Assembly: GCA_043804515.1 (NCBI GenBank)
Contig: JAZDIZ010000118.1
Span: forward strand, 1 to 44,501
Length of the DNA: 44,501 nt
Direction of reading: 5' to 3'
Source of the DNA: Pseudomonadota bacterium
GTDB taxonomy: Bacteria; Bdellovibrionota_G; JALEGL01; DATDPG01
Below are positions 35,952 to 44,501 of the stretch, piece after piece (the first letter of the stretch is position 1; every line of letters begins with the position of its first letter). The position numbers were made by a program, and so were the translations under genes. Under the pieces are notes generated by a model. That model ran no database searches, was not told the DNA's origin, and worked only from the letters and a program-made list of their open reading frames with translations.

Positions 35952-37462
35952 TTCCTCGCCCCCGTCAGAAGTTCCCTCGCCACTTCCCGGTCGTCGAAAG
36001 GCTTCTTCACGTCCCGGATCTCCTGGTACGTTTCGTGCCCTTTCCCCGCGATCAGAACCAGATCTCCCGGCTGCGCGGCCTCGAGCGCCCGGCGGATCGC
36101 CTCCCGGCGGTCCAGGATCGAGCAAGAAACGCCGGTCGAGTTTCCGTTCAATTCCTGCGGCGTGATTTTCTTAACGTCCGAAGGAATCCCCGCTTCGATT
36201 TCCCGGACGATGGCCGAAGGGTCTTCGCTGCGGGGGTTGTCGGACGTGACGATCACCACATCAGCCGCTTGCGCCGCCACAAGGGCCATTTGAGGGCGCT
36301 TCGTGCGGTCGCGGTCGCCCCCACATCCGAACACGGCCAGGAGGCGGCGTTTGCGGAGCGGGGAGAGGGCGTCCAAGGCGTTCTTGAGCGCGTCGGGGGT
36401 GTGCGCGTAGTCCACGTAGACGTGGACACCCTTGTCGTTTTCGATCCGTTCCAGGCGGCCCGGAATGGAACCTACGGTGGAAAGTGCCTCCGCGGCACGG
36501 GCCGGGTCGATTCCGAGAGCGCGCGCGACGGCCAAGGCCCCCATGAGATTGGAGAGGTTGTGAAGCCCCACCAACGGCGAATGAAGCGGGACCACTTCGC
36601 CTTGAACCTCCACCCGCGCTCGGATGCCGTTTGCATCCATGTGGTAATCCTTCGCGAAGAGATCCGCTTCCCTGTGCCGCGTCGAATACGTCAGGATCGG
36701 GAACTTCAATGCGGAGGCCCATTCACGCCCTGTCGGGTCATCCAGGTTCACGACCGCCGTCCGATCCTGTTTCGGGCTCTGGGCCAGTATCTCCGAAAAA
36801 ATCCTCCGCTTCGCCTCCCGGTACTCCTCCATCGTGCGATGAAAATCGAGGTGGTCCTGCGTGAGATTGGTGAATACCGCGACGTCCAGCGCGAGGCCGC
36901 CGATCCGCCCCAGCGAGAGCCCGTGCGAGGAGCACTCCATCGCGACGTGGGTCACGCCGTCCGAGTGCATTCGGGCCAGGAGGCGGTGCAATTCGGGCGC
37001 TTCGGGGGTCGTGCGCGGGGCTTCGACTTCGCGGTCTTTCCAGCGATAGAAAAGCGTGCCGATCGTTCCCGTTTCCTTCCCGAGGCGGCGGAAAATTTCC
37101 GCCACAAGAAACACCATGGTGGTCTTTCCGTTCGTCCCCGTGATCCCCACCACGGTCATCGCCCGGGAGGGTTCGCCGTACACCCGGGACGCCAGAGACC
37201 CGAGTTTCTGTTTGAGTCCCGGGATCATCAGGAGAGGCACCGAAATTCCGGACACTTCTTCCTCCGTGGCCACGGCCACGGCGCCCCTCTGGACGGCTTG
37301 CGGGATGAATCGTGTCCCGTCCGCCTTTTCCCCTCGAAGCGCCACAAAGAGATCTCCCCGTTCCACCGAGCGCGAGTCCAGGCTCATGCCGTCCAGTTGG
37401 ACATCCGGATTCCCGAGAATTTTCGAGCCGCTCTCGTGGCGAAGAAGATCGCCCGCCGTCAC
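35948..37462 (-). CDS. murE: UDP-MurNAc-dipeptide--meso-DAP ligase
   Basis: GTNGKTT, TTPE, NLTQDHLDFH, DYAHTPD, DNPR (mDAP-type motif), AGKGHE. Confidence 0.98.
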   Translation of the reverse strand: MTAGDLLRHESGSKILGNPDVQLDGMSLDSRSVERGDLFVALRGEKADGTRFIPQAVQRGAVAVATEEEVSGISVPLLMIPGLKQKLGSLASRVYGEPSRAMTVVGITGTNGKTTMVFLVAEIFRRLGKETGTIGTLFYRWKDREVEAPRTTPEAPELHRLLARMHSDGVTHVAMECSSHGLSLGRIGGLALDVAVFTNLTQDHLDFHRTMEEYREAKRRIFSEILAQSPKQDRTAVVNLDDPTGREWASALKFPILTYSTRHREADLFAKDYHMDANGIRARVEVQGEVVPLHSPLVGLHNLSNLMGALAVARALGIDPARAAEALSTVGSIPGRLERIENDKGVHVYVDYAHTPDALKNALDALSPLRKRRLLAVFGCGGDRDRTKRPQMALVAAQAADVVIVTSDNPRSEDPSAIVREIEAGIPSDVKKITPQELNGNSTGVSCSILDRREAIRRALEAAQPGDLVLIAGKGHETYQEIRDVKKPFDDREVARELLTGARK

Positions 37463-39438
37463 GTGGATCCTCTTTTCCGGTTCGCTTTGTCGAAAAAGAC
37501 CTCGAGGCGCCGGACTTTCGAAATCGCCTGCCCCGGCTCCGGCATTTGCCGGACCGCGACGCCGCTCCCGGTGACCTTTACGTCGATCGAGAGATGCCGT
37601 GTTCGGGTCAAAACCTCGCGTACGGTTAGTCCCCGCACGTCCGGGAGAAGATCCGCATCCTGCGCCGGAGCCTGTGCCTGTGCCGGTTCTTCTTCCGCGA
37701 TCTCGTCGGCCTGTGGAAACACACTCGCCTGCTCCACGGTGCCGTCGTCCGGAGGGACATTGAGGTAGGTCAGGATCGCCTCCATCGCATCGCGGAACAC
37801 CGGCCCCGCCAACACTGCCCCGAAATCGCCCTTGGGGGGATCATCGAAAACGAAGATCGCCGCCACTTTCGGATTCGAGGCGGGAGCGAAGCCCGCGAAG
37901 GAGCTGACCACCCGCCGATCGGAGTAGTTGTGGGTGACCGGGTCGATCTTCTGGGCCGTTCCCGTCTTGCCGGCCGTTCGATAGCCCGGGATCTTGGCCG
38001 TCGCTCCGGTGCCGCCGCTCGCCGTGACTTCCTCCATCCAACCGCTCAGAACCTCGGCCGTCCGCGGAGAAAGCACGCGCACCGCGGCTTGCGAATTCCG
38101 CATGATCAGTTCTCTGCCGTCCGCGAACCGCGCCTTTTCCACGAGATAGGGTCTCACCCAGATTCCGCCGTTCGCGATCGCGGACACGGCCGAAGCGATC
38201 TGCAGGACCGTCGTGCCCACGCCTTGCCCGAAGGAAATATTGGCGAGATCCACGTCCCTCCACTTCGAATACGGGCTGAGCATTCCGTTCGCCTCGCCCG
38301 GAAAGTCGACACCCGTCGCGTTCCCGAACCCGAGACGCTTAAGGGCGGTGTACATGGCCCGCGGGCCGATTTTGAGCGCGATACGGGACATCCCGATGTT
38401 GTCGGAAAATTTGAGAACTTCCCTGGGAGTGAGCCATTGGTGAGGCACGTGGGAGCGGATCGTCTTTCCGTTCAAGCGGAGGCTCCCCTTCATGCACGGC
38501 ACGCGTTGTCCGACGGAGAAGGAAGGTTCTTCAAGGGCGGCGGCGATGGCGAAGAGCTTGAACGTGGAGCCCGGCTCATAGATTTCCTCCACGGACCGGT
38601 TCCTAAGGTTCTCGGCGGCGAGGTGGTCCGTCCGATTGGGATTGATGGGGGGATAGGAAGCCATCGCCAGAATCCTGCCGTCCGACGGATCGATCACAAC
38701 CGCCGTAGCTCTCGGCGTGCGGCTCGCGCGCGCGGCTCCGGCCAGCTCTTTCTCAACGATGTGCTGAATCACCGAGTCCAGCGTGAGGTAGAGGTCCGCG
38801 CCGGGTTCCGGCTCCAGAACCACCGTGTCGTTCGAGAAGATAGGGCGGTGCCGCCTGTCCTGTTCCGCTTTCACGATCATTCTCCGGCTTCTCAAATAGC
38901 GGTCGTAAAACCGTTCCAACCCTTCGAGGCCCTCTCCGTCGGAGCCCACGAGCCCCATGACCTGCGCTGCGAGTTCCCGGCCCGGATAGAGCCGCATCCC
39001 TTCCTGCAGAACCCCGAACCCGGCCAGATCCAGCTGCTTAAGCGCGGGTGTCAGCGACGGGTCCACCTTCCGCGAAAGCCATACGAAGCGCTTGGATCGA
39101 TCGCGGATTTTCGAAAGGATCTCCCGGGGCGAAATCCTCAGGATCGGCGCCAGTTGCCTTGCAAAGGACGCCGGATCGGACACCAGCTTGGGATCCGCGA
39201 AGACGGAGGGAACCTGCAGGTTCACCGCCAGGGCGCGCCCGCGGTTGTCGTAAATCGTGCCCCGTTGCGGAGTGAGAATGATCTCGCGGTCCGTTTGATG
39301 CAGGGCCCGCCGCGTGACCCGTGCGTCCGTGCCCAGGTGAAGCTGCCACGTGCGGAGCGCGAGAAACCCGAAGCCGGCGAAGAAAAGCAAGAGCGTCGCG
39401 CAAAGGCCGGCCCGGTGACCGCGGTCGTTGCGGCTCAT
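37459..39438 (-). CDS. ftsI: Class B PBP (PBP3) with C-terminal PASTA domain
   Basis: RGTIYD, YPG, EPGSTFK (SxxK), SDN, KTGTAQ, PDVRG...Q.PEPG PASTA. Confidence 0.96.
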   Translation of the reverse strand: MSRNDRGHRAGLCATLLLFFAGFGFLALRTWQLHLGTDARVTRRALHQTDREIILTPQRGTIYDNRGRALAVNLQVPSVFADPKLVSDPASFARQLAPILRISPREILSKIRDRSKRFVWLSRKVDPSLTPALKQLDLAGFGVLQEGMRLYPGRELAAQVMGLVGSDGEGLEGLERFYDRYLRSRRMIVKAEQDRRHRPIFSNDTVVLEPEPGADLYLTLDSVIQHIVEKELAGAARASRTPRATAVVIDPSDGRILAMASYPPINPNRTDHLAAENLRNRSVEEIYEPGSTFKLFAIAAALEEPSFSVGQRVPCMKGSLRLNGKTIRSHVPHQWLTPREVLKFSDNIGMSRIALKIGPRAMYTALKRLGFGNATGVDFPGEANGMLSPYSKWRDVDLANISFGQGVGTTVLQIASAVSAIANGGIWVRPYLVEKARFADGRELIMRNSQAAVRVLSPRTAEVLSGWMEEVTASGGTGATAKIPGYRTAGKTGTAQKIDPVTHNYSDRRVVSSFAGFAPASNPKVAAIFVFDDPPKGDFGAVLAGPVFRDAMEAILTYLNVPPDDGTVEQASVFPQADEIAEEEPAQAQAPAQDADLLPDVRGLTVREVLTRTRHLSIDVKVTGSGVAVRQMPEPGQAISKVRRLEVFFDKANRKRGST

Positions 39439-39713
39439 CGAGATCCGCCTTCGTTCACCACGATCACGGGCCCGGCGGTTTGGGGCCGGGTGAGCCCCAG
39501 CTTGTCACGGGCGATCCGCTCCACCCGTTCCGGGTTCTGAAGCGTCGTCAGTTCCAGTGTCAGCGCCCGTTTTTCCTGCTCCAGGCTCGTCCGCAGCTCG
39601 CGCTTCTGGGAAAGATCGTAGCTCAGCTCGATCAACAAGAACCGGGAGCGCACATACAGGAGCGAAGCCAAGACTGTCACTACGGCCGCCATCAGAAAAA
39701 AGCGACGGCTCAC
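39435..39713 (-). CDS. ftsL: Cell division protein FtsL
   Basis: TM, coiled coil, PERVERIARDKLGL; lies between rsmH and ftsI. Confidence 0.9.
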   Translation of the reverse strand: MSRRFFLMAAVVTVLASLLYVRSRFLLIELSYDLSQKRELRTSLEQEKRALTLELTTLQNPERVERIARDKLGLTRPQTAGPVIVVNEGGSR

Positions 39714-40609
39714 GCGCGCCCCCCGAGAATTTCAAGAGCCCGCAGCTTCGCGCTGCGCGCGCGTGGATTCCGATCCACCTCTTCCGGCGAAGCCACGACG
39801 GGCTTGCGCGTGAGGATCCTTCCCGCTCCCTCTTTTTGGGCCTTTTGAAACAAGGTTTTCGCGATCCGGTCCTCCAGCGAATGGAACGAGATCACCACCA
39901 ACCGCGCCCCCGCCGGGAGAACTTCGATCAGGCGGGCAACGGCGTATTCGAGTTGCGCCAGCTCGTCGTTGACCGCGATACGCACGGCTTGAAACGCCCT
40001 TGTGGCGGGATGGATTTTCTTGTGCCTTTCGCCCGGGGGGAGCGCGCCCACGACGGCGCGGGCCAGGTCGCCGGTCGTGCTCAGCCGGCCTTCTTTCCGT
40101 GCCAGCGCGATACGGCGCGCGATGCGCCGGCTGAAACGTTCCTCGCCGTACCGGAAGACGGCGTCCGCGATTTCACGCTCCGTCGCACGATGAAGCCATT
40201 CGCGAGCCGTCACGCCCGACGAGGGATCCATCCGCATGTCCAACGGCCCGTCTTGGGCGAAGGAGAATCCCCGCGCGGCGTCCTCCAGCTGAACGGACGA
40301 TACGCCGCAGTCGATCAACGCCCCGTTTAAATCCTTGGCCGCTTGCGGGACGATCCGGTCCAGCGCTTCCGAAAACGTCGCGTGTTCCAGACGGACACGG
40401 GAGCCGAAGGGGGAAAGGTGTTCACCGGCGTTTCGAATCGCTTGGGGATCCCGATCCGTGCCGATCCAGGTCCCGTCCGGGGCGGTGGCCCGGAGAACAG
40501 CCTCGCCGTGACCTCCCTCTCCCGCCGTCAGATCCAAAAACGATTTTCCGGGACCGCACGCGAGATACTCCACCACCTCGCGGACCAGCACCGGAGTGTG
40601 GCGATTCAT
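39710..40609 (-). CDS. rsmH: 16S rRNA m4C1402 methyltransferase
   Basis: HTPVL, GEGGH, GVSS.QL, GPLDMRM, HPATRAFQAVRI, ISFHSLEDR, NPRARSAKLR. Start at ATG 40609. Confidence 0.97.
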   Translation of the reverse strand: MNRHTPVLVREVVEYLACGPGKSFLDLTAGEGGHGEAVLRATAPDGTWIGTDRDPQAIRNAGEHLSPFGSRVRLEHATFSEALDRIVPQAAKDLNGALIDCGVSSVQLEDAARGFSFAQDGPLDMRMDPSSGVTAREWLHRATEREIADAVFRYGEERFSRRIARRIALARKEGRLSTTGDLARAVVGALPPGERHKKIHPATRAFQAVRIAVNDELAQLEYAVARLIEVLPAGARLVVISFHSLEDRIAKTLFQKAQKEGAGRILTRKPVVASPEEVDRNPRARSAKLRALEILGGRA

Positions 40610-40643
40610 GCCGAAGCGCGAGAGGACGGACGAGCACTTCTCA

Positions 40644-41084
40644 TCAGATTCCAAGTTCTGCCAAAACATCACTGATTTCTTCGAAGCTCTTCTGGTATTG
40701 ACTGAACACCTCGCCCCAACGCTCCTTCGACCAGATCTCGATCTTCTTGAGCACGCCGACCACGACAACGTCCCGCTCCAAGCGGGCGTCCTCGCGGTGG
40801 GCGTTCGGGATGAGAATGCGGCCCTGGGCGTCCAGCGGGCATTCGGCGGCTCCGGAGATAAAATAGCGCTCGAAGGCTTTGACCTCGCGCTTGACGTGGG
40901 AGAGTTGCGCGACCTTACGCTCCAACGCGTTCCATTCCTCGACGGGATAGGCCACCAGGCACCGATCGAAATTCGTGACGATCAGCGTCTCGGTATACTT
41001 TTCGTTTAAGATCTCCCGAAACCGGGAGGGAATGCTTAGACGACCCTTACCGTCAATTGTGTGTTCGTACCGCCCCCGAAACAT
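40644..41084 (-). CDS. mraZ: Transcriptional regulator MraZ
   Basis: MFRGRYEHTIDGKGRLSIP, DAQGRILIP, IEIW. Confidence 0.98.
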   Translation of the reverse strand: MFRGRYEHTIDGKGRLSIPSRFREILNEKYTETLIVTNFDRCLVAYPVEEWNALERKVAQLSHVKREVKAFERYFISGAAECPLDAQGRILIPNAHREDARLERDVVVVGVLKKIEIWSKERWGEVFSQYQKSFEEISDVLAELGI

Positions 41085-41102
41085 CTCGTTACACCTATCG
41101 TT

Positions 41103-41127
41103 GCCACCTCAAACCACTTGATCCCAC
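41103..41127 (-). promoter_or_regulatory. MraZ-binding direct repeats
   Basis: GTGGG/GTGGT/GTGGC at an exact 10-bp period between the promoter and mraZ. Confidence 0.8.
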
Positions 41128-41139
41128 TTTATGGCCCAT

Positions 41140-41168
41140 AAGCTATGGCTGGGGGTCGTTTTTGTCAA
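41140..41168 (-). promoter_or_regulatory. Sigma-70 promoter of the dcw operon
   Basis: TTGACA-17 nt-TAGCTT. Confidence 0.8.
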
Positions 41169-41342
41169 CGAGAAAAGGGGGTTAGCTCATTTCTCCGAGA
41201 CTTTCGACAACTTGAGTTCACCGAATGAGGTAAACCCTACAAAGAATACCCTAAGTGTCTAATCTGAAACAAAAAATTCGCCATTTTCTTTGCGTGGGAG
41301 CGCCTTTCCGTGTCAGTATCTCTTTTCTGAAAGCGAACGGGG

Positions 41343-41864
41343 ATGAGAGGGGCTGCAAAATTTTCTAAAAGGGGCTTCACCGTACTGGAGCTTGTCGCCG
41401 TACTCGTCGTCATCATCATTCTGTCGGCTGTGGGCTCTCCGCTCCTGTCCCGCTACTTCAAGCGAATGAAAACCGCCGAGGCTTTGACGAACCTTCGCAA
41501 GATCTATGACGGTGAAGTGGCGTATTACCAGCAGGCCGTCTTGAGCCAAGGCGGGGCTGTTCCCGCAAAGAGGTTCGTGGCCTGCCCACCCACGCCCGCG
41601 AACATTCCCGGCGCCATAAAGCAATACGCGATCTGGGACGATCCCGCATGGCAGGCGATTCGGTTCGCTCCTGACGCCCCCGTCCTATATCGCTACAGTG
41701 TGGCTGCCGGCGGCGTGGAAAAGGATGCGGCATTTACGGCGCGCGCCGAAGGGGACATCGACGGCAACAAGATCACTTCGAATTTCGAGCGCGTCGGCTC
41801 CGTGGACCCCGTCACAGGCGCCGTTGTGGGCGGCGCTGTTTTCGCCCTCAACCCGCTGGAATAA
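41343..41864 (+). CDS. Type IV pilin-like protein
   Basis: Prepilin site KRG/FTVLEL with E5 and a hydrophobic helix; KTAEALTNLRKIY and FTARAEGDIDG resemble delta-group pilins. Confidence 0.88.
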   Translation: MRGAAKFSKRGFTVLELVAVLVVIIILSAVGSPLLSRYFKRMKTAEALTNLRKIYDGEVAYYQQAVLSQGGAVPAKRFVACPPTPANIPGAIKQYAIWDDPAWQAIRFAPDAPVLYRYSVAAGGVEKDAAFTARAEGDIDGNKITSNFERVGSVDPVTGAVVGGAVFALNPLE

Positions 41865-41904
41865 TTTTTTCCGCACGAAGCGTGCCCCGCGATTCGTCGG
41901 GTAA

Positions 41905-43740
41905 CTAATAAATGTAGATTCTTCGTGCGAACACCGTACCGCGGTCCCCCTCCCCACTCAGCAGAGCCGCCATACGGGCTTCGGTCTGGCTTCGGATCTC
42001 CGCTTGCTGGAGGCGATTCTGCAGAAGAAAAACCTCCAACCGGCGCAAGGTTTCGTCCCGGTTTCTCCGCGGGGCGAATTTCCAAGTCTGAAGTTGCATA
42101 TGAATCACCAATCCGTCATCGACTTGCTCCACCCGGTCGAATTTGATCGGAATCTGGAGTTGCTTGAGATCCGCTTGCGGCTTTTGCATCAAGCTGAAAG
42201 CCGCGGCAATCGAGGCCGCCAGAGCCAGGATGAACGGCCGACCCAGCCTGATCTCCGTCGTGAGCCGAAATCCACGCCTTGCGGACGATTTTCCCTTGGC
42301 CGGTTCCTTCCCAAGGCTCTTCGCCGCGAGGACGGCCGCCCGGGTTCGGGGGTTATATTTGACCGCCTCGGGTTCCGTCGCGCTCAAAGCCTGCACAGCG
42401 GCTACGCGCGCCTTGGCTTTCCGAAGGATCTCTTTCTCGTCCGGTCCGAGCCCGTCCGGACGGATCATCTCGTCCACCGCGTAGAGCAATTTGAGCCTGG
42501 CCTGATAAAGCCGGTTGCTGACGTCGTTCAGGCTCTGCCGCGTGTCGTCGTCGCCGCGAAGCACCGCGTCCCGGACGAGAGCGTCCACATCGGTCTCGAT
42601 GGAATCCGTTTTTTCCAGAATCTTCTCCAGAATGGAAAGATGGGTCGGGCCGAAGGTTTTCGGATCGGCCTTGAGCGACGGGAGAAAGACGCGAAACGCC
42701 GTGCACTGCACGCGCATCCCTACGAGACTCCTCACGCATTTCGGAACGGCGCCGTCGGAGGTGAAAGCGCTGCGCTCGAATGAATTGGTCCCCTCCAAAT
42801 ATAGATCCAGCTCGGGGGGAATCCTCTCTTCTTCCAGAGCCTTCCCGATGATTTCCTCCGGCTGGTCGAAAACCGTCGCAAGAAATTCCGGCTTGTAGCG
42901 TGCGGCGAGCGCCAGACTGCGGCTCTCCATCAGGCGCTGGAGACGATCCACCTGGTATGCAGTCATCGTGCCGAATTTTGCGGCCACGCCGAACGTAAGA
43001 TCGTTGATGGGCTGTTTGAGTCTTAAGACCCGGACCACGGATGACGGCAATTCGAACTGGCTTCCGTCCGGAAGCGAGAAACGGAGCCTCATCTCCGTAC
43101 CGGGAGGATATTCCTCTCCCACGGCGAAGAGGACGCCCGTTTGGCTGGCGTTGGTCGACCAACCGTTTCTTTCCTTTCCGTTTACGATGTAGATCACGTC
43201 GCCGGGGATATCGACGCGGGTGGCGACTTTGCGCACCGCCTGCGGTTCACCTGCAGAGGTCTCGTTCGGCGCCGGCGGCGTGGCATCGGGTTCTTTCTTG
43301 GGCTCCGGGGGGGCCTGCGGCGGAATTGGGGCCGGCTCCGCGGAGCCGGTCCTGACGACGGCGTCGGGAGCGGCGGTTACGAACGAGGCGACGAACTCAA
43401 CCAACTTGGTGTCGGGCTCACTCAGGGAAAAAAGATAATCGCACCCTGCTTCCTCCGCACGCTCTTTGACCACGAGAGAGCGGGAGGACGTCACCAATAC
43501 CACCTTGGGTGCGTCCGGGTTGTCCTCCGCCTTTTTCAGCTGCCGGCAGCACTCCATCCCGCTGATCCCCTGCATCGCCACACCCAGAATCGCCACTTTC
43601 GGCCGTTCCGTGGAGGCTTTGTCCAGGGCATCACCTCCATCCATCGCCACCAGGAGCCCGACCCCCATGCGTTCCATCTCCTGCACAAAGGAGGGAAATC
43701 GTGCAATAAGATCTTGAAATATAAGAACTTTGTCTGGCAT
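41905..43740 (-). CDS. Pseudo-receiver + PilZ + helical region + C-terminal TM protein
   Basis: REC fold (DGGDAL...AILGVAMQGISG), Pro linker, PilZ RKVATR...NASQTG...GVAAKF, TM FILALAASIAAAFSL. Confidence 0.8.
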   Translation of the reverse strand: MPDKVLIFQDLIARFPSFVQEMERMGVGLLVAMDGGDALDKASTERPKVAILGVAMQGISGMECCRQLKKAEDNPDAPKVVLVTSSRSLVVKERAEEAGCDYLFSLSEPDTKLVEFVASFVTAAPDAVVRTGSAEPAPIPPQAPPEPKKEPDATPPAPNETSAGEPQAVRKVATRVDIPGDVIYIVNGKERNGWSTNASQTGVLFAVGEEYPPGTEMRLRFSLPDGSQFELPSSVVRVLRLKQPINDLTFGVAAKFGTMTAYQVDRLQRLMESRSLALAARYKPEFLATVFDQPEEIIGKALEEERIPPELDLYLEGTNSFERSAFTSDGAVPKCVRSLVGMRVQCTAFRVFLPSLKADPKTFGPTHLSILEKILEKTDSIETDVDALVRDAVLRGDDDTRQSLNDVSNRLYQARLKLLYAVDEMIRPDGLGPDEKEILRKAKARVAAVQALSATEPEAVKYNPRTRAAVLAAKSLGKEPAKGKSSARRGFRLTTEIRLGRPFILALAASIAAAFSLMQKPQADLKQLQIPIKFDRVEQVDDGLVIHMQLQTWKFAPRRNRDETLRRLEVFLLQNRLQQAEIRSQTEARMAALLSGEGDRGTVFARRIYIY

Positions 43741-43791
43741 GAGGGGTTGTGGTCGTGTCGGGCTGCGTTGAATCTACGCGAATCGGTCTTC

Positions 43792-43820
43792 TTGACAAGC
43801 CTTGGAAAACACTCTATCAA
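43792..43820 (+). promoter_or_regulatory. Sigma-70 promoter of rplU-rpmA-obg
   Basis: TTGACA-17 nt-TATCAA; GAGGGA SD before ATG 43845. Confidence 0.65.
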
Positions 43821-43844
43821 GTCGCGCCCTTAGAGGGATACCTC

Positions 43845-44150
43845 ATGCATGCCATTATTCAAGTTGGAAGCCATCAATACGACGTGGAACCCGGGAAGAT
43901 CATCACCGTGGAGAAACTGGACGGCCGTGTCGGAAGCGAAGTGCGCTTCAACCGAATCCTTCTGTTGAGCGACGGCAACGAGACCAAGGCGGGCCCGGCA
44001 CTCAAAGCAGCGGTTTTCGGGACGATCAGCGCCCAGGAAAGAGGAGCCAAGATCCGCGTATTCAAAAAGATACGCCGCAAGGGTTACCACAAGACGATGG
44101 GCCACCGTCAGCCCTACACGAAGATCAAAATCACAAGGATCGAGGTGTAG
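43845..44150 (+). CDS. rplU: 50S ribosomal protein L21
   Basis: [33 protein letters not shown]. Confidence 0.97.
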   Translation: MHAIIQVGSHQYDVEPGKIITVEKLDGRVGSEVRFNRILLLSDGNETKAGPALKAAVFGTISAQERGAKIRVFKKIRRKGYHKTMGHRQPYTKIKITRIEV

Positions 44151-44151
44151 T

Positions 44152-44406
44152 TTGGCGACGAGTAAATCCGGCGGCAGTGCCAAGAACGGCAAGGACAGCA
44201 ACGCACAACGGCGCGGGATCAAAGTGTACAGCGGAACGCGCGTTAAAGCGGGCAGCATCCTGGTTCGCCAGGTGGGCACCCGGATCCACCCGGGAGTCAA
44301 CGTCGGCATGGGCCGGGACTACACGATTTTCGCCAAAGTTGACGGCGTCGTTCAGTACGAACGGCTGGGACGCGAGCGCCGCCGGGTGAGAGCCAGCCCC
44401 GCATAG
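44152..44406 (+). CDS. rpmA: 50S ribosomal protein L27
   Basis: [45 protein letters not shown] start. Confidence 0.97.
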   Translation: MATSKSGGSAKNGKDSNAQRRGIKVYSGTRVKAGSILVRQVGTRIHPGVNVGMGRDYTIFAKVDGVVQYERLGRERRRVRASPA

Positions 44407-44415
44407 TGTTCTCGA

Positions 44416-44501
44416 TTGCCTCACAAGAAATCATTTAGCGATCCGGCTCGGATCTTCGTCCACGCGGGAAACGGCGGGGACGGCCATGTCGGGTTCCTGC
44501 G
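44416..44501 (+). CDS. obgE: GTPase Obg, N-terminus only (truncated by the window end; absent from the ORF track)
   Basis: Own translation from TTG 44416: MPHKKSFSDPARIFVHAGNGGDGHVGFL; rplU-rpmA-obg synteny. Confidence 0.9.
   Translation, partial: MPHKKSFSDPARIFVHAGNGGDGHVGFL

Noticed and set aside
41175..41237. tRNA-like start GGGGGTTAGCTCA and an imperfect inverted repeat
   Set aside because: No D-loop GG, no GTTCRA and no acceptor pairing; the imperfect hairpin is too weak to call.
41274..41300. Sigma-54 promoter for the pilin
   Set aside because: TTGC is present but the -24 position reads GC rather than GG.
1..44501. CRISPR array, prophage, transposase, rRNA or defence system
   Set aside because: No regularly spaced repeats or recognisable genes of these classes were seen.

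Overview
GC-rich bacterial chromosomal window. Gene content suggests a delta-proteobacterial-grade diderm (Myxococcota/Bdellovibrionota-like); this is inferred from the myxobacterial-type Ser/Thr kinase, Zn-ribbon/GYF/TPR protein, delta-type pilin and sigma-54 motifs. The right half is a complete minus-strand dcw cluster (mraZ-rsmH-ftsL-ftsI-murE-murF-mraY-murD-ftsW-murG-murC-murB-ddl-ftsQ-ftsA-ftsZ) with an MraZ box and promoter, followed by an orphan type IV pilin, a pseudo-receiver/PilZ membrane protein and rplU-rpmA-obg (truncated). The left half has ftsB, a patatin, exbB/exbD next to two tandem paralogous SH3b-Pro-linker-beta-barrel proteins, the run secG-tpiA-pgk-hypothetical-kinase-rpoZ-gmk-yicC-acpS-Trm112, and an LbH/aminotransferase/SDR/fabH cluster. 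An accessory block at 15.5-23.3 kb encodes a secreted YopT/C58-like Cys-His-Asp protein behind a sigma-54 motif, an HhH-GPD glycosylase, an aromatic amino acid decarboxylase, a 122-bp inverted-repeat element, a Zn-ribbon-GYF-TM-TPR protein, a TPR-tandem cNMP protein and a small orphan gene with an operator-like palindrome. No rRNA, tRNA, CRISPR array or transposase was recognised. The best leads are the SH3b-barrel/ExbBD envelope module lacking a local TonB, the C58-like secreted protease, a MurG lacking its conserved His, and repeated leaderless-type promoters. All calls come from motif reading by eye; no database searches were run.
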